A stretch of DNA of 64,000 nucleotides from Desulfobacterales bacterium (GCA_030066785.1 JASJAZ010000072.1:1066-65065), one strand, 5' to 3'; numbered from the stretch's first letter, positions 10,103 to 19,041 are shown. Notes: a model not told the origin generated them from the letters alone. Numbers and translations: made by a program.

Positions 10103-10720
10103 GTGATGGAAATTGACTCACATCTGCTAGAAGCCACCGAAGGTTTTCTTGAAGTTTCCGAAGGCCAGCGTTTGTATGAGGTGGCATTGGAAGCCAGCTC
10201 TTTTGGCCCCTGTTTAGAAGTTGGTAGCTATTGCGGGAAATCGGCCATGTATATCGGCGCCGCTTGCCGCCGTAACAACAGCATCCTTTTTTCGATTGAC
10301 CACCATCGCGGCAGTGAAGAGCATCAACCAGGTCAAGAGTATTTTGATCCGGCGCTTTTTGATCCAAGACAACATCAAATCGACACCTTACCGTCTTTTC
10401 GACGCACCTTGCTAAAAGCGAATTTGGAAGACACGGTGGTGCCGATTGTGTGTCGTTCTGAAGTGGCAGCCAAGCAGTGGGCCACCTTACTAAGTTTGGT
10501 GTTTATTGACGGAAGTCATTCCTATAAAGCCGTTTATACAGATTTCCAATGCTGGCACCCAAAATTAATGCAGGGTGGCTTTCTTTTAGTTCATGATATT
10601 TTCAGTGATCCCACCAAGGGGGGCCAAGCACCCTATCAAGTATATCAGCATGCGCTGCAATCTGATCTCTTTGAAGTACTGCCTATGACCGGGACCTTAG
10701 GGGTTCTCAAACGCAAATAA
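10103..10720 (+). CDS. class I SAM-dependent methyltransferase (Methyltransf_24-like)
   Basis: LEVGSYCGKS, IDHHRGSEE, FIDGSH..Y..D, HD. Confidence 0.85.
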   Translation: MMEIDSHLLEATEGFLEVSEGQRLYEVALEASSFGPCLEVGSYCGKSAMYIGAACRRNNSILFSIDHHRGSEEHQPGQEYFDPALFDPRQHQIDTLPSFRRTLLKANLEDTVVPIVCRSEVAAKQWATLLSLVFIDGSHSYKAVYTDFQCWHPKLMQGGFLLVHDIFSDPTKGGQAPYQVYQHALQSDLFEVLPMTGTLGVLKRK

Positions 10721-10777
10721 TTAGGCTTGCGCAAATAGGTTCTGCTTTAGGCCATAACCGTTATGATTGTCAAGGGA

Positions 10778-11506
10778 TCAGGTAAGAGTCTGTTTCTGTA
10801 AATAAATTACCAGACTTTTTCCCATAATCGGATTTAAAAGGCGGTCAATAAAACCGGTAACCCAAGGCCGTTGCATCATATCCCATACTAGGAAACGATG
10901 GTAAAGGTTAATTAGCCACGAGTCATTGCATTCTAATCCGATCAAGCATTTGAGCCACCAATAGGGTGAATGCAAACTATGGGCAAAGTGGGAGGTTTGT
11001 TTGATTAATCCGAATGATTTAAGTAAATTGATTAAGCTTCTGGCGCGGTAGATGCGAAGATGGCCACCGGCGCTTAGGCGATATGCGCTTGAGAGTCGCC
11101 AACATATTTTTTCTGGCAAAAAACGCGGTACACTGACCACCATTGTTTGGCCTGGTTTTAATACCCGCACGATTTCTTTGAGTGCTTTACCATCGTCAGG
11201 AATGTGTTCGAGTACTTCGCAACAAATCACCAGGTCAAAGTAGTTGGTGTGAAACGGTAATTGGGCAATATGGGAATTTACAATTTGCCAGCGGCCTTTG
11301 ATTCCGCCAACATGTTCATGTAGCTTAAGTCGTTCTTCAGCTTTTCGTAATTCATGAAAACTAACATCCGCACCAATAATCCTCACCCCATCATGGCGCA
11401 GGGCTGCTGGTAAATGCCTCCCGGTCCCGCAGCCCACATCTAAAATGCGATAGGTGGAACCGCGGCCATTGGACATATCAATACGATTAAATTCGATGGT
11501 AATCAT
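10778..11506 (-). CDS. class I SAM-dependent methyltransferase
   Basis: ILDVGCGTGRH, LPF....FDLVICCEVLEHI, RVLKPG. Confidence 0.88.
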   Translation of the reverse strand: MITIEFNRIDMSNGRGSTYRILDVGCGTGRHLPAALRHDGVRIIGADVSFHELRKAEERLKLHEHVGGIKGRWQIVNSHIAQLPFHTNYFDLVICCEVLEHIPDDGKALKEIVRVLKPGQTMVVSVPRFLPEKICWRLSSAYRLSAGGHLRIYRARSLINLLKSFGLIKQTSHFAHSLHSPYWWLKCLIGLECNDSWLINLYHRFLVWDMMQRPWVTGFIDRLLNPIMGKSLVIYLQKQTLT

Positions 11507-12755
11507 TAATGGCCTTCTGGTAAACGCTAACCGTTTTCTGGGCCGCCTGCTTCCAGGTAAAGAGGCGATTGACGCGCTGTCGCCCGGCTTTGCCTATTTG
11601 GGCGGCCCAGCGTGGATGGTCCAAGACCCGTGCAATGGCAGTCGCTAAAGATTTTGTATCGGCAGGTGGTATGATAATGCCCCCATCTCCGACCACCTCG
11701 GGCAAAGCCCCACCACTGGTACTAATGACCGGTGTGCCGCATGCCATTGCTTCGCCGGCCGGCAGTCCGAATCCTTCATATAACGAAGGCACAACCGCAA
11801 CGGCTGCACGCGCGTATTCGGTAACATATTTTCTATCATCGATACGACCGGTAAAAGTGACCATACCGGCGAGACCCAGTTTGTGGATCAGCTTTTCGAT
11901 AGTGCCGTTTCTTTTGGGCGCCCCCACGACAACCAATTTGATGTCACGTAGTTGCGCAAGCATTGCCACAGCTTTGAGCAAAATATGGAGTCCTTTCATG
12001 GGTATGTCGGCGCTATTGGTAACGACGATCCGATTTTTTTCCCGTTTGATGTTAGGAAAGGGGTGGAAGATAGCGGTGTCGATGCCGTTGGGAATTACAT
12101 CAAAGCGACTCCACGGCACTTTATACTGGCGGCATATATCTGTACGTGCGGCCTGTGAAACGGTTATAAGCGACCGGAGGCTGCGTGCCACCCTTTTTTG
12201 CATTGATATGAAAGAATACCAGCGCAAGTGTTTCAGTTTGTGCCAGAACGAAGATGTTGATTTGATCGCAATGCGACAATCAATGCTGATGGGGTGGTGT
12301 ATGGTAGCGACGGTCGGCACATGTTGGCTAAGTGCCCAAATGCCGTATGAAAGGCTTTGATTGTCATGCACCACATCGAAATGGTTTAGTCGGGGATATA
12401 AAAACTGGTATGCCCGCATGCCGAATGTTAGCGGTTCCGGAAATCCCATGCTACAGACACCAATCCATTCGATAAGATTGATGGGGTTTAGCAATTCTTT
12501 TATGGATGGTGTACGAAAAAGGTTCTGCGGATTGTATAGATCCAATCCGGACAGCTTGTGCAGTTTTACACCGCTGGTAAACTTTGGAAAGGGAGGGCCC
12601 GAAACAATTGTTACCTGATGCCCCAACTCTTTGAGTGCTTGGCTCAAGTAATAAAGGTAAACGCCTTGGCCACCGCTGTGGGGGTTGCTGCGGTAGCTTA
12701 AAAGACATACGTTTAGGTTTCTACTTATATTCCTCTGCATGCGAGTACCAATCAT
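11487..12755 (-). CDS. glycosyltransferase family 4 protein
   Basis: YRSNPHSGGQGVY, IPNGID, KG, PSLYEGFGLPAGEAMACGTP. Confidence 0.9.
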   Translation of the reverse strand: MIGTRMQRNISRNLNVCLLSYRSNPHSGGQGVYLYYLSQALKELGHQVTIVSGPPFPKFTSGVKLHKLSGLDLYNPQNLFRTPSIKELLNPINLIEWIGVCSMGFPEPLTFGMRAYQFLYPRLNHFDVVHDNQSLSYGIWALSQHVPTVATIHHPISIDCRIAIKSTSSFWHKLKHLRWYSFISMQKRVARSLRSLITVSQAARTDICRQYKVPWSRFDVIPNGIDTAIFHPFPNIKREKNRIVVTNSADIPMKGLHILLKAVAMLAQLRDIKLVVVGAPKRNGTIEKLIHKLGLAGMVTFTGRIDDRKYVTEYARAAVAVVPSLYEGFGLPAGEAMACGTPVISTSGGALPEVVGDGGIIIPPADTKSLATAIARVLDHPRWAAQIGKAGRQRVNRLFTWKQAAQKTVSVYQKAINDYHRI

Positions 12756-12917
12756 TCTCCATTTAAAGTATCCAGATGGGTATTAATGTTCATCGTCTCG
12801 GCAAACGCTCCCGCCACATAGCGTCTTTTTGGCAAAAGAAATTTCCAGGCAAAATTCACCGAGCGCTTCGCGCTTAATTAAAATTAGTCGATAAAATCGC
12901 TGAAGGTGTTTAAGCGT

Positions 12918-14009
12918 CTAAGGTTTGGAGATCAACCTTTCTAGTTCATCATCGTAGCAGTGAATGATATTTGGCCAGGCATACTTGTCCATCGCTTGTG
13001 AGAGCGCTTGACGAATTCGGTAGTATTTTGCGAGGTCATTCAATACCATGCTCAGTCGATCTACGAGTTGATGAAGGTTTTGATAAAGGCATGTACGGTG
13101 AAACGCTTCAGGTATAATTTCCGGATATGCCAGGCGGTTTGGCAATAATGGCAGGCAGCCAGAGCGAATCGCTTCCACTACTGCCATTCCAAAATTTTCC
13201 TGATCCGCCGTACTGATGACAATCGAACCTCGCCGCAGCCATTCAAGGTACTTTTTTTGTGATTGTACATACCCATACTGAACAATGCGACTTCCCAAGC
13301 GTTGTCGCGCAGCTAAGAAAACTTTGGGCACAATTTGAAAGTTTTCACCCAATAAAGCTACTTGAAATTCGTATCCGCGGGCCAACACTTGCTCAAGCGC
13401 TTCGAAGAACGCATCGGGATTTTTATCGAATTCCCACCGATGGTTCCAGATAATTAAGGGCGGTTCGCGATTAGGTGTTGGTCGGGTTATATTGCCATGA
13501 TTCAATTGGCAACCGGGATGGAGAATACCGGCCTTTTCGCGGATTGCTGGCACGATCCATTTGGGTTTGTATTCCGGCATCATTTCAAGAAAAACAGGTA
13601 GATTATCAAAAAACGCGCAATAGTGGGTATCCGAATTAAACAATACCCGCTTGGCCGTTAAAGCCGTGGTGATATCCGTAAATCCAAAATGAACATCCCG
13701 GGTTTCCCCCGGTGCCAGAGGATAAGTAATCTGATTTTCATGAAAATATGCTAAGGCGGGGGGACAATCCGGTCCGATGAGCGCTTTGAAATCAGCCAAA
13801 CTCATTAGATCTGTTATAACGAGACCATCATATTTTTCGATATTTGACAATTTATGCGAGAAATACAACGCTGCACCGCGCATGCGCCATTTCCAAAATC
13901 GCGCCGGCAGTGTTTCTAAATGAATGCGATGACGTGAATGGGCGATCAGCCCCTCTGCGAACTTGCGATGCGATCCGCCAAAAAATGGTTCTAAAAACAA
14001 AAATTTCAA
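12918..14009 (-). CDS. DUF3524 / GTDC1 (tRNA-queuosine alpha-mannosyltransferase-like) GT-B glycosyltransferase
   Basis: LEPFFGGSH, LPARFWKWRMRG, YFHENQITYP, FNS, WNHRWEFDKNP, ENFGMAVVEA, PNRLAYPE; TTG start. Confidence 0.82.
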   Translation of the reverse strand: MKFLFLEPFFGGSHRKFAEGLIAHSRHRIHLETLPARFWKWRMRGAALYFSHKLSNIEKYDGLVITDLMSLADFKALIGPDCPPALAYFHENQITYPLAPGETRDVHFGFTDITTALTAKRVLFNSDTHYCAFFDNLPVFLEMMPEYKPKWIVPAIREKAGILHPGCQLNHGNITRPTPNREPPLIIWNHRWEFDKNPDAFFEALEQVLARGYEFQVALLGENFQIVPKVFLAARQRLGSRIVQYGYVQSQKKYLEWLRRGSIVISTADQENFGMAVVEAIRSGCLPLLPNRLAYPEIIPEAFHRTCLYQNLHQLVDRLSMVLNDLAKYYRIRQALSQAMDKYAWPNIIHCYDDELERLISKP

Positions 14010-14069
14010 TATGTGCCTCTATAAATCTACCATCAAAGAAAGTGAGGTTAACATAACGATCGTACCGGA

Positions 14070-14558
14070 TTGGTTACCATGCACGACAACCCCTTAACGC
14101 TGGTGGGAACGGAAGCTAAAGTGGGAGATTCCGCGCCTGAATTTGAGGTTATAGATAACAATTTAAATCCGGTAAAGCGGTCTGCTTTAAAGGGCAAGGC
14201 TTGCTGCATTTCTTCGTTGCCATCATTAGACACACCGGTGTGTGACATGCAAACCCGTTGTTTCAACCAGGAGGTCAGCTGTTTCAGCCCCGACACAGAA
14301 ATTTTGACCATTAGTATGGATTTACCGTTTGCTCAAAAACAATGGTGCGGCGTTGCCGGTGTTGATAACGTTACCACATTGTCGGATCATCGCGAGGCGT
14401 CATTCGGCAAGGCCTATGGTGTTTTGATAAACAAATTACGCCAGTTGGCACGGGCGGTTTTCATTGTTGATCGCGATGGATTTCTACAATATCAGCAATT
14501 AGTGCATGGAGTCGCCGAGGAACCCGATTATGCGGCAGTCATTGAAGCCTTAAAATGA
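14070..14558 (+). CDS. tpx: thiol peroxidase (atypical 2-Cys peroxiredoxin); native start codon appears damaged, possible pseudogene
   Basis: PSLDTPVC, SMDLPFAQ..WCG, SDHR..SFG..YGV, LARAVF, EPDY. Confidence 0.85.
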   Translation: MVTMHDNPLTLVGTEAKVGDSAPEFEVIDNNLNPVKRSALKGKACCISSLPSLDTPVCDMQTRCFNQEVSCFSPDTEILTISMDLPFAQKQWCGVAGVDNVTTLSDHREASFGKAYGVLINKLRQLARAVFIVDRDGFLQYQQLVHGVAEEPDYAAVIEALK

Positions 14559-14725
14559 ATCGGTTAAACCTATCAAGACTAACAATCTGCTTTCTTCTCA
14601 TATCAGTTGAGTTATTTAACAATTAAAATCAGATAGACAAGTCTTAACGGTTTTTATGGGAAATAAAGCCTTGGCAACCATGCGCATCCAGAAAGTATAT
14701 TTCACTTGGATGCCAATTGGAATGA

Positions 14726-15313
14726 TTAGGAGCGTATTGCTTCGGAGAAACGCCGGCCCATTTCCTGGGCCTGTTCCAAATATTCAGGATGTTTTTGAAC
14801 ATCTTTTTCAAAATCCAGCCCTCGAAATAACAAAGATTTCCAAAGTGTCATATCCAGCGCATCAAGAAAGTATCGGATGCTCAGCAGTGTACCATCAAAC
14901 AATTTCTTGCCCTTGGTCGCACCGACTGAAATAAACAACCCCTTGCGCCTGCTGGTGTTTTGATTATGCGATTGTTTATCAATCCAGTATTTTTTGACCC
15001 ATAGAGATTGGCAGCGATCCATTAAAATTTTGGTATGCGCACTGACAGTGTAAAAAAAAATGGGTGAGGCTAAAATGAGACCATCACACGCCATTAATTT
15101 ATCATATACTAATTGGAAATCGTCCTGAATTGCACACCGTCCGTTTTGCTTGCATCCATAGATTTCAAGGCATGGCGACATCTTTAGGTCTCGTAACACA
15201 ATATCTTCAACATGGGCCCCATCCTCGCGTGCTCCTTGCACGGCCCGCTTTAATAACAGCGCCGTGTTACCCTCACGGCGCGGACTTCCATAAATCGCCA
15301 ATAGTTTATTCAT
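14726..15313 (-). CDS. flavodoxin-fold protein (iron-sulfur flavoprotein / NADPH-dependent FMN reductase family)
   Basis: GSPRREGNT, PC..IYGC.....C.IQDD, ASPIFF, K.LMDR. Confidence 0.88.
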   Translation of the reverse strand: MNKLLAIYGSPRREGNTALLLKRAVQGAREDGAHVEDIVLRDLKMSPCLEIYGCKQNGRCAIQDDFQLVYDKLMACDGLILASPIFFYTVSAHTKILMDRCQSLWVKKYWIDKQSHNQNTSRRKGLFISVGATKGKKLFDGTLLSIRYFLDALDMTLWKSLLFRGLDFEKDVQKHPEYLEQAQEMGRRFSEAIRS

Positions 15314-15446
15314 GATAAAAATTGCTCCAAATCAGTATATCTTAGCTGATGAAATGGTATTATTAAAAATCACCCGATCTGCAATGGTAGATTTAATATC
15401 TTTCTTAATAATAATTTGCAATAACCGTGTGTAAACCTCTGAAAAC

Positions 15447-15475
15447 TTGACAAAGAATGGGGCTTAACCGATAAT
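15447..15475 (+). promoter_or_regulatory. sigma70-type promoter upstream of the HD-GYP gene
   Basis: TTGACA (15447-52), 17 nt, GATAAT (15470-75). Confidence 0.65.
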
Positions 15476-15490
15476 TCTATAAAGTATACC

Positions 15491-15612
15491 GTCATTTTTT
15501 TAACATTCATCATCAAAATTTAGGCATAACCGTCAAAAAAAATGGCAATTTAACTGTCATTTTATTGACATTTTTGGTAGAAATTCAATTATACCTTGTT
15601 CAGATGTTTGAC
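15491..15612. promoter_or_regulatory. array of GTCA-N6-TGAC-like boxes (FleQ/FlrA-type operator candidates)
   Basis: GTCAttttttTAAC 15491, ATCAaaatttAGGC 15512, GTCAaaaaaaaTGGC 15532 (N7), GTCAttttatTGAC 15556 (perfect), TTCAgatgttTGAC 15599. Confidence 0.55.
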
Positions 15613-15701
15613 AGGTAGAATGGATGAACATGAGAAAGTTTTTCATTTCTTTATTCAATTTCATTCTACATTTTTTTGCTTGAAAACCGATAACTCTATA
15701 T

Positions 15702-17288
15702 ATGAATTCCGTTCCACAGAACAAAAAGATTCTTTTTGTTGATGACGAGGAAAGCATCCTCGACATTGCGCGTGAATATTTTCTACAAAAAGGTTACGAA
15801 GTCCGCACAGCTCATAACGGTTTAGAAGCCCTGCAGATTTTAAAAGGGGAAAAGGTAGACTGCTGCTTCACCGATATTAACATGCCGGAAATGGACGGGC
15901 TTGAGCTGGCGGAAAATATTCGTATCCATGATAACACCATCCCGGTGGTGGTGATGACCGGATATCCATCGCTGGACAATACCATTCAAACGTTAAAAAA
16001 CGGCGTTGTCGACTTTTTGATTAAACCGGTCAATCTTAATCAAATGGAGCTCTGTGTTCGCAGGGTTCTGCGGGAGCGTCACCTATTTATCGACAACGTG
16101 TTATTGCGAAAAGAAGTCGAGAGCAAAGCGCGGCTTGAACAGCTGAATCAAGAATTGCTCTTTAAGGTGGACGAACTCAATATTTTAAATCGAATAATGG
16201 GTGATTTTACGGCCATTAGCACTTCATCTGACGTTTTTCAGCGAGTTGTTGATTTAGCCATCGAAATCATTCATGCGGATCAATCCAGTTTTTATGTGAT
16301 CAATGACGCTGTAAAAAAACCGTTTCGCGTTACGCAAGCAAAGGCGGGATCGGTTGATGCGGAATCAGACCTTGACCATAATGCCATCGAACCGAAAGCG
16401 CCGCATTCTTCAACCGACCCTCATCCAGATTTATGCCAGGGGCAGTTAAATCAGTTATTGCTTGAAATAGTTTCCGACGAGCTCCCTCTTTTGGTGACAG
16501 AAAATGCCGGCACCCAAAAATTGTCACAAGAGACGCGTTCCTTCATGGGCGTTCCTTTGAAAATTAGAGATAAAATATTTGGCGTATTAACGGCCGCCAT
16601 CACCCGCAGCGCAAAGCGTTTTTCTGAAAAAGACTTGTATTATCTGTCCTTTATGACCCAGACCGCGGCTCAAGCCATAGAAAATTTGGCTCTGTATGAA
16701 AACATTTATGAAAATCTTTTTGCAACCCTCTATGGTTTTGTAAAAGCGCTCGAGGCGCGTGATCCTTATACACAGCAACATTCTACCCGTGTTACCAATA
16801 TTGCGCTGGCGATTGGCAAACAAATGTTGTTTTCGCCTGAAGATTTGGATGTTTTGAATGTTGCTGGACGGTTACATGATATCGGCAAAATTGGTATCCG
16901 GGATGATATTTTATTAAAACCGGGTAGACTCACCAAAGAGGAATATGAAAAAATTAAAGAACACCCCTCTATGGGGGCTGAAATTGTGGGTCAACTCGGT
17001 TTATGGGATAAAGAACGCGAGATTATTCGTAGCCACCATGAACGTTTTGACGGTACCGGTTATCCGAATGGCCTGGGTGGCCAAGATATTCCGTTGCTGG
17101 CAAGGGTCATGTCGGTTGCCGATGCATATGATGCCATGGCTTCTGATCGCGCTTACCGTCAGCGTATGAAAACCGAAAGAATTCTCAATATTCTTGAGGA
17201 GGGTGCTGGAACTCAGTTTGATCCTGAAATCGTTGAAGTATTTTTAGCTTTACATCATAAAGGATCCATCGGGATCGATTTGCCATGA
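15702..17288 (+). CDS. response regulator REC-GAF-HD-GYP, probable c-di-GMP phosphodiesterase
   Basis: FVDDE / TDINMPEMDG / KP receiver; central GAF (SFMGVPL..FSEKD); HSTRV, HDIGK, HHERFDGTGYP, ADAYDAM. Confidence 0.92.
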   Translation: MNSVPQNKKILFVDDEESILDIAREYFLQKGYEVRTAHNGLEALQILKGEKVDCCFTDINMPEMDGLELAENIRIHDNTIPVVVMTGYPSLDNTIQTLKNGVVDFLIKPVNLNQMELCVRRVLRERHLFIDNVLLRKEVESKARLEQLNQELLFKVDELNILNRIMGDFTAISTSSDVFQRVVDLAIEIIHADQSSFYVINDAVKKPFRVTQAKAGSVDAESDLDHNAIEPKAPHSSTDPHPDLCQGQLNQLLLEIVSDELPLLVTENAGTQKLSQETRSFMGVPLKIRDKIFGVLTAAITRSAKRFSEKDLYYLSFMTQTAAQAIENLALYENIYENLFATLYGFVKALEARDPYTQQHSTRVTNIALAIGKQMLFSPEDLDVLNVAGRLHDIGKIGIRDDILLKPGRLTKEEYEKIKEHPSMGAEIVGQLGLWDKEREIIRSHHERFDGTGYPNGLGGQDIPLLARVMSVADAYDAMASDRAYRQRMKTERILNILEEGAGTQFDPEIVEVFLALHHKGSIGIDLP

Positions 17289-17387
17289 TTTGGACACCTA
17301 AAGCCCTAAGTTGGCTGTTGAGGTGCTTGGTTTTAAAAAGCGCACACAAATGTTTTGAAAAGACGACGGGTTTCCCATCCATCGTCA

Positions 17388-17396
17388 TGCTATAAT
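17388..17396 (+). promoter_or_regulatory. extended -10 element upstream of the PilZ genes
   Basis: TGcTATAAT about 45 nt before ATG 17440; no good -35. Confidence 0.45.
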
Positions 17397-17439
17397 GTAA
17401 GATTAATACGATTCTCAAGGCTCCGACAAAAGGTGATGC

Positions 17440-18018
17440 ATGGTTGCAAAGGATCAAAAAGAAAAACGTGATTATGTTCGCGCTGTGATTTCGATTCGAG
17501 CAAAGGTAAAATTGATCGATCCAAATGAATTTGATGAAATCCGAAATCGCAAGAACCTCATTTCTACTGTTTTAAGCGAGTGTGAACCAGGTGGGGCTCG
17601 ATCTACCGAAGCTCCGACCACGCAAGGTCTATTTAGCTTGTTTACTTACATGATGCAGATGGATGAGAAATTGGATCGTATTCTTACGAAACTTGAGGGC
17701 GAACAAGTTGAGGAAAGTCGGTTTTTAACGGTTGATACGAAAGACATCAGCGGCTCCGGCGTTAGTATGATGTTTCCCGATAGCATCGAAATTGGTCAGC
17801 TGGTGTATATCACCATGATTATTCCAAACGTAGCCGCTGGATTTTTCAATATGTGCGGCGAAGTTGTCCGCAGCCGGCAAGCAACCGTTGATGGCAAAAC
17901 CATGTTTGATACCGGCATTAAGTTTATCGATATCACTGAAGATGAGCGCGAGCGGTTAATTGCATGTTCATTCAGCCAGCAACGCGAAAGTATTCGGAAA
18001 TTAAAAGACATTCAATGA
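17440..18018 (+). CDS. PilZ domain protein
   Basis: RDYVR (RxxxR) and DISGSG (DxSxxG), GEVVR, GIKF. Confidence 0.88.
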   Translation: MVAKDQKEKRDYVRAVISIRAKVKLIDPNEFDEIRNRKNLISTVLSECEPGGARSTEAPTTQGLFSLFTYMMQMDEKLDRILTKLEGEQVEESRFLTVDTKDISGSGVSMMFPDSIEIGQLVYITMIIPNVAAGFFNMCGEVVRSRQATVDGKTMFDTGIKFIDITEDERERLIACSFSQQRESIRKLKDIQ

Positions 18019-18086
18019 ATGACATAAATCAAGCAGTGTTTTTATTCTCATTTATTATTTAATCGCATTAACTTAGCTCTCCAACC

Positions 18087-18443
18087 ATGTTTGAAGGCGT
18101 CAGCGCCGAACGGCGCAAAAATATTAGAGTTGATTTTAAAACCCGAATCGTTTTACAAGCGGGTGAATCGGAAATTCAACTTCAAGGTAATTCCAGAAAT
18201 CTTAGTCTCAATGGGGTATTTATACAAGCGGTACCTCCGCTACCGATTAATTCTGATTGTACAGTAAAAATATTCCTAAGCGGAACCACGGAACCGACAG
18301 CGATTGAGGCCAAAGGTGCTATTGTGCGCCATGGCAATGATGGTTTTGCTATCACCTTCACCGAATTGGATATTGATAGTTATGCTCTCTTAAAAAATAT
18401 TGTCGGATGCAATGTGACCCTTCCAGAGGAGATGACAGACTAG
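18087..18443 (+). CDS. single-domain PilZ protein
   Basis: RKNIR, NLSLNG, GAIVR..GFAITF. Confidence 0.88.
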   Translation: MFEGVSAERRKNIRVDFKTRIVLQAGESEIQLQGNSRNLSLNGVFIQAVPPLPINSDCTVKIFLSGTTEPTAIEAKGAIVRHGNDGFAITFTELDIDSYALLKNIVGCNVTLPEEMTD

Positions 18444-18601
18444 ATTAACTTATTATTTAACCTTCGCATTGCTAAAGAGTGCTGATAGCTGTAGTAGTTT
18501 CAAAATTATTTGATTGATATCTAAGGGGCATAGACGCTGCTGGGGATGTATAATCCATTTTTGCAAAATGTTTTTCAGCGCTTGATTAGGAGAATTATTG
18601 A

Positions 18602-18976
18602 ATGGATCTTTCTATAAAAGTGCTGGTTGTGGATGATTTCGCTACTATGCGCAGAATTGTGAAAAATTTTTTGAAAGAGATAGGGTTCAAAAATATTATC
18701 GAAGCCGACGACGGTGCAGCCACCCTTGATGAACTTAAAAAACTAAAGTAGATCTTCATTGTTTCTGATTGGAACATGCCCAAAATGACTGGATTAGACC
18801 TCCTAAAGCAGGTTCGTGCGAGTGATGATTGGAAAGATATTCCCTTTTTAATGGTAGCTGTCGAATCTCAGAAACAAAACGTCATTGATGCTGTTCAGGC
18901 CGGCGTTTCAAATTATGTGGTTAAACCGTTTATGGCTGATCAGATTTCAGAAAAGTTGTAGAAGATATTTGAATAG
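18602..18976 (+). pseudogene. cheY: cheY pseudogene (two in-frame TAG codons, compensating indels, T87-equivalent lost)
   Basis: AGGAG RBS; [29 protein letters not shown]...ELKKLK*IFIVSDWNMPKMTGLDLL...MVAVE...YVVKPF...EKL*KIFE*. TAG at 18749 and 18959. Confidence 0.9.
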
Positions 18977-19041
18977 GTCCTTGGGTTGGGTTCAAGAATT
19001 AGTACTTCAAAACAACATCATCAGTTGATTCTAAGGTAATC

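Noticed and set aside
11569-12360. 263-aa plus-strand ORF
   Set aside because: Antisense shadow of the GT4 gene; no RBS or motif.
15314-15701. c-di-GMP-I riboswitch in this leader or other motility leaders
   Set aside because: I found no GGCAAA..GAAA..GACGCAAAG core by eye on either strand; an Infernal scan would be decisive.
18749-18961. Amber recoding (pyrrolysine or TAG reassignment) rescuing cheY
   Set aside because: The first TAG arises inside a short frameshifted patch, other conserved residues are also mutated, and TAG is a normal stop for many genes here (fliF, fliI, flgE, motA, motB).
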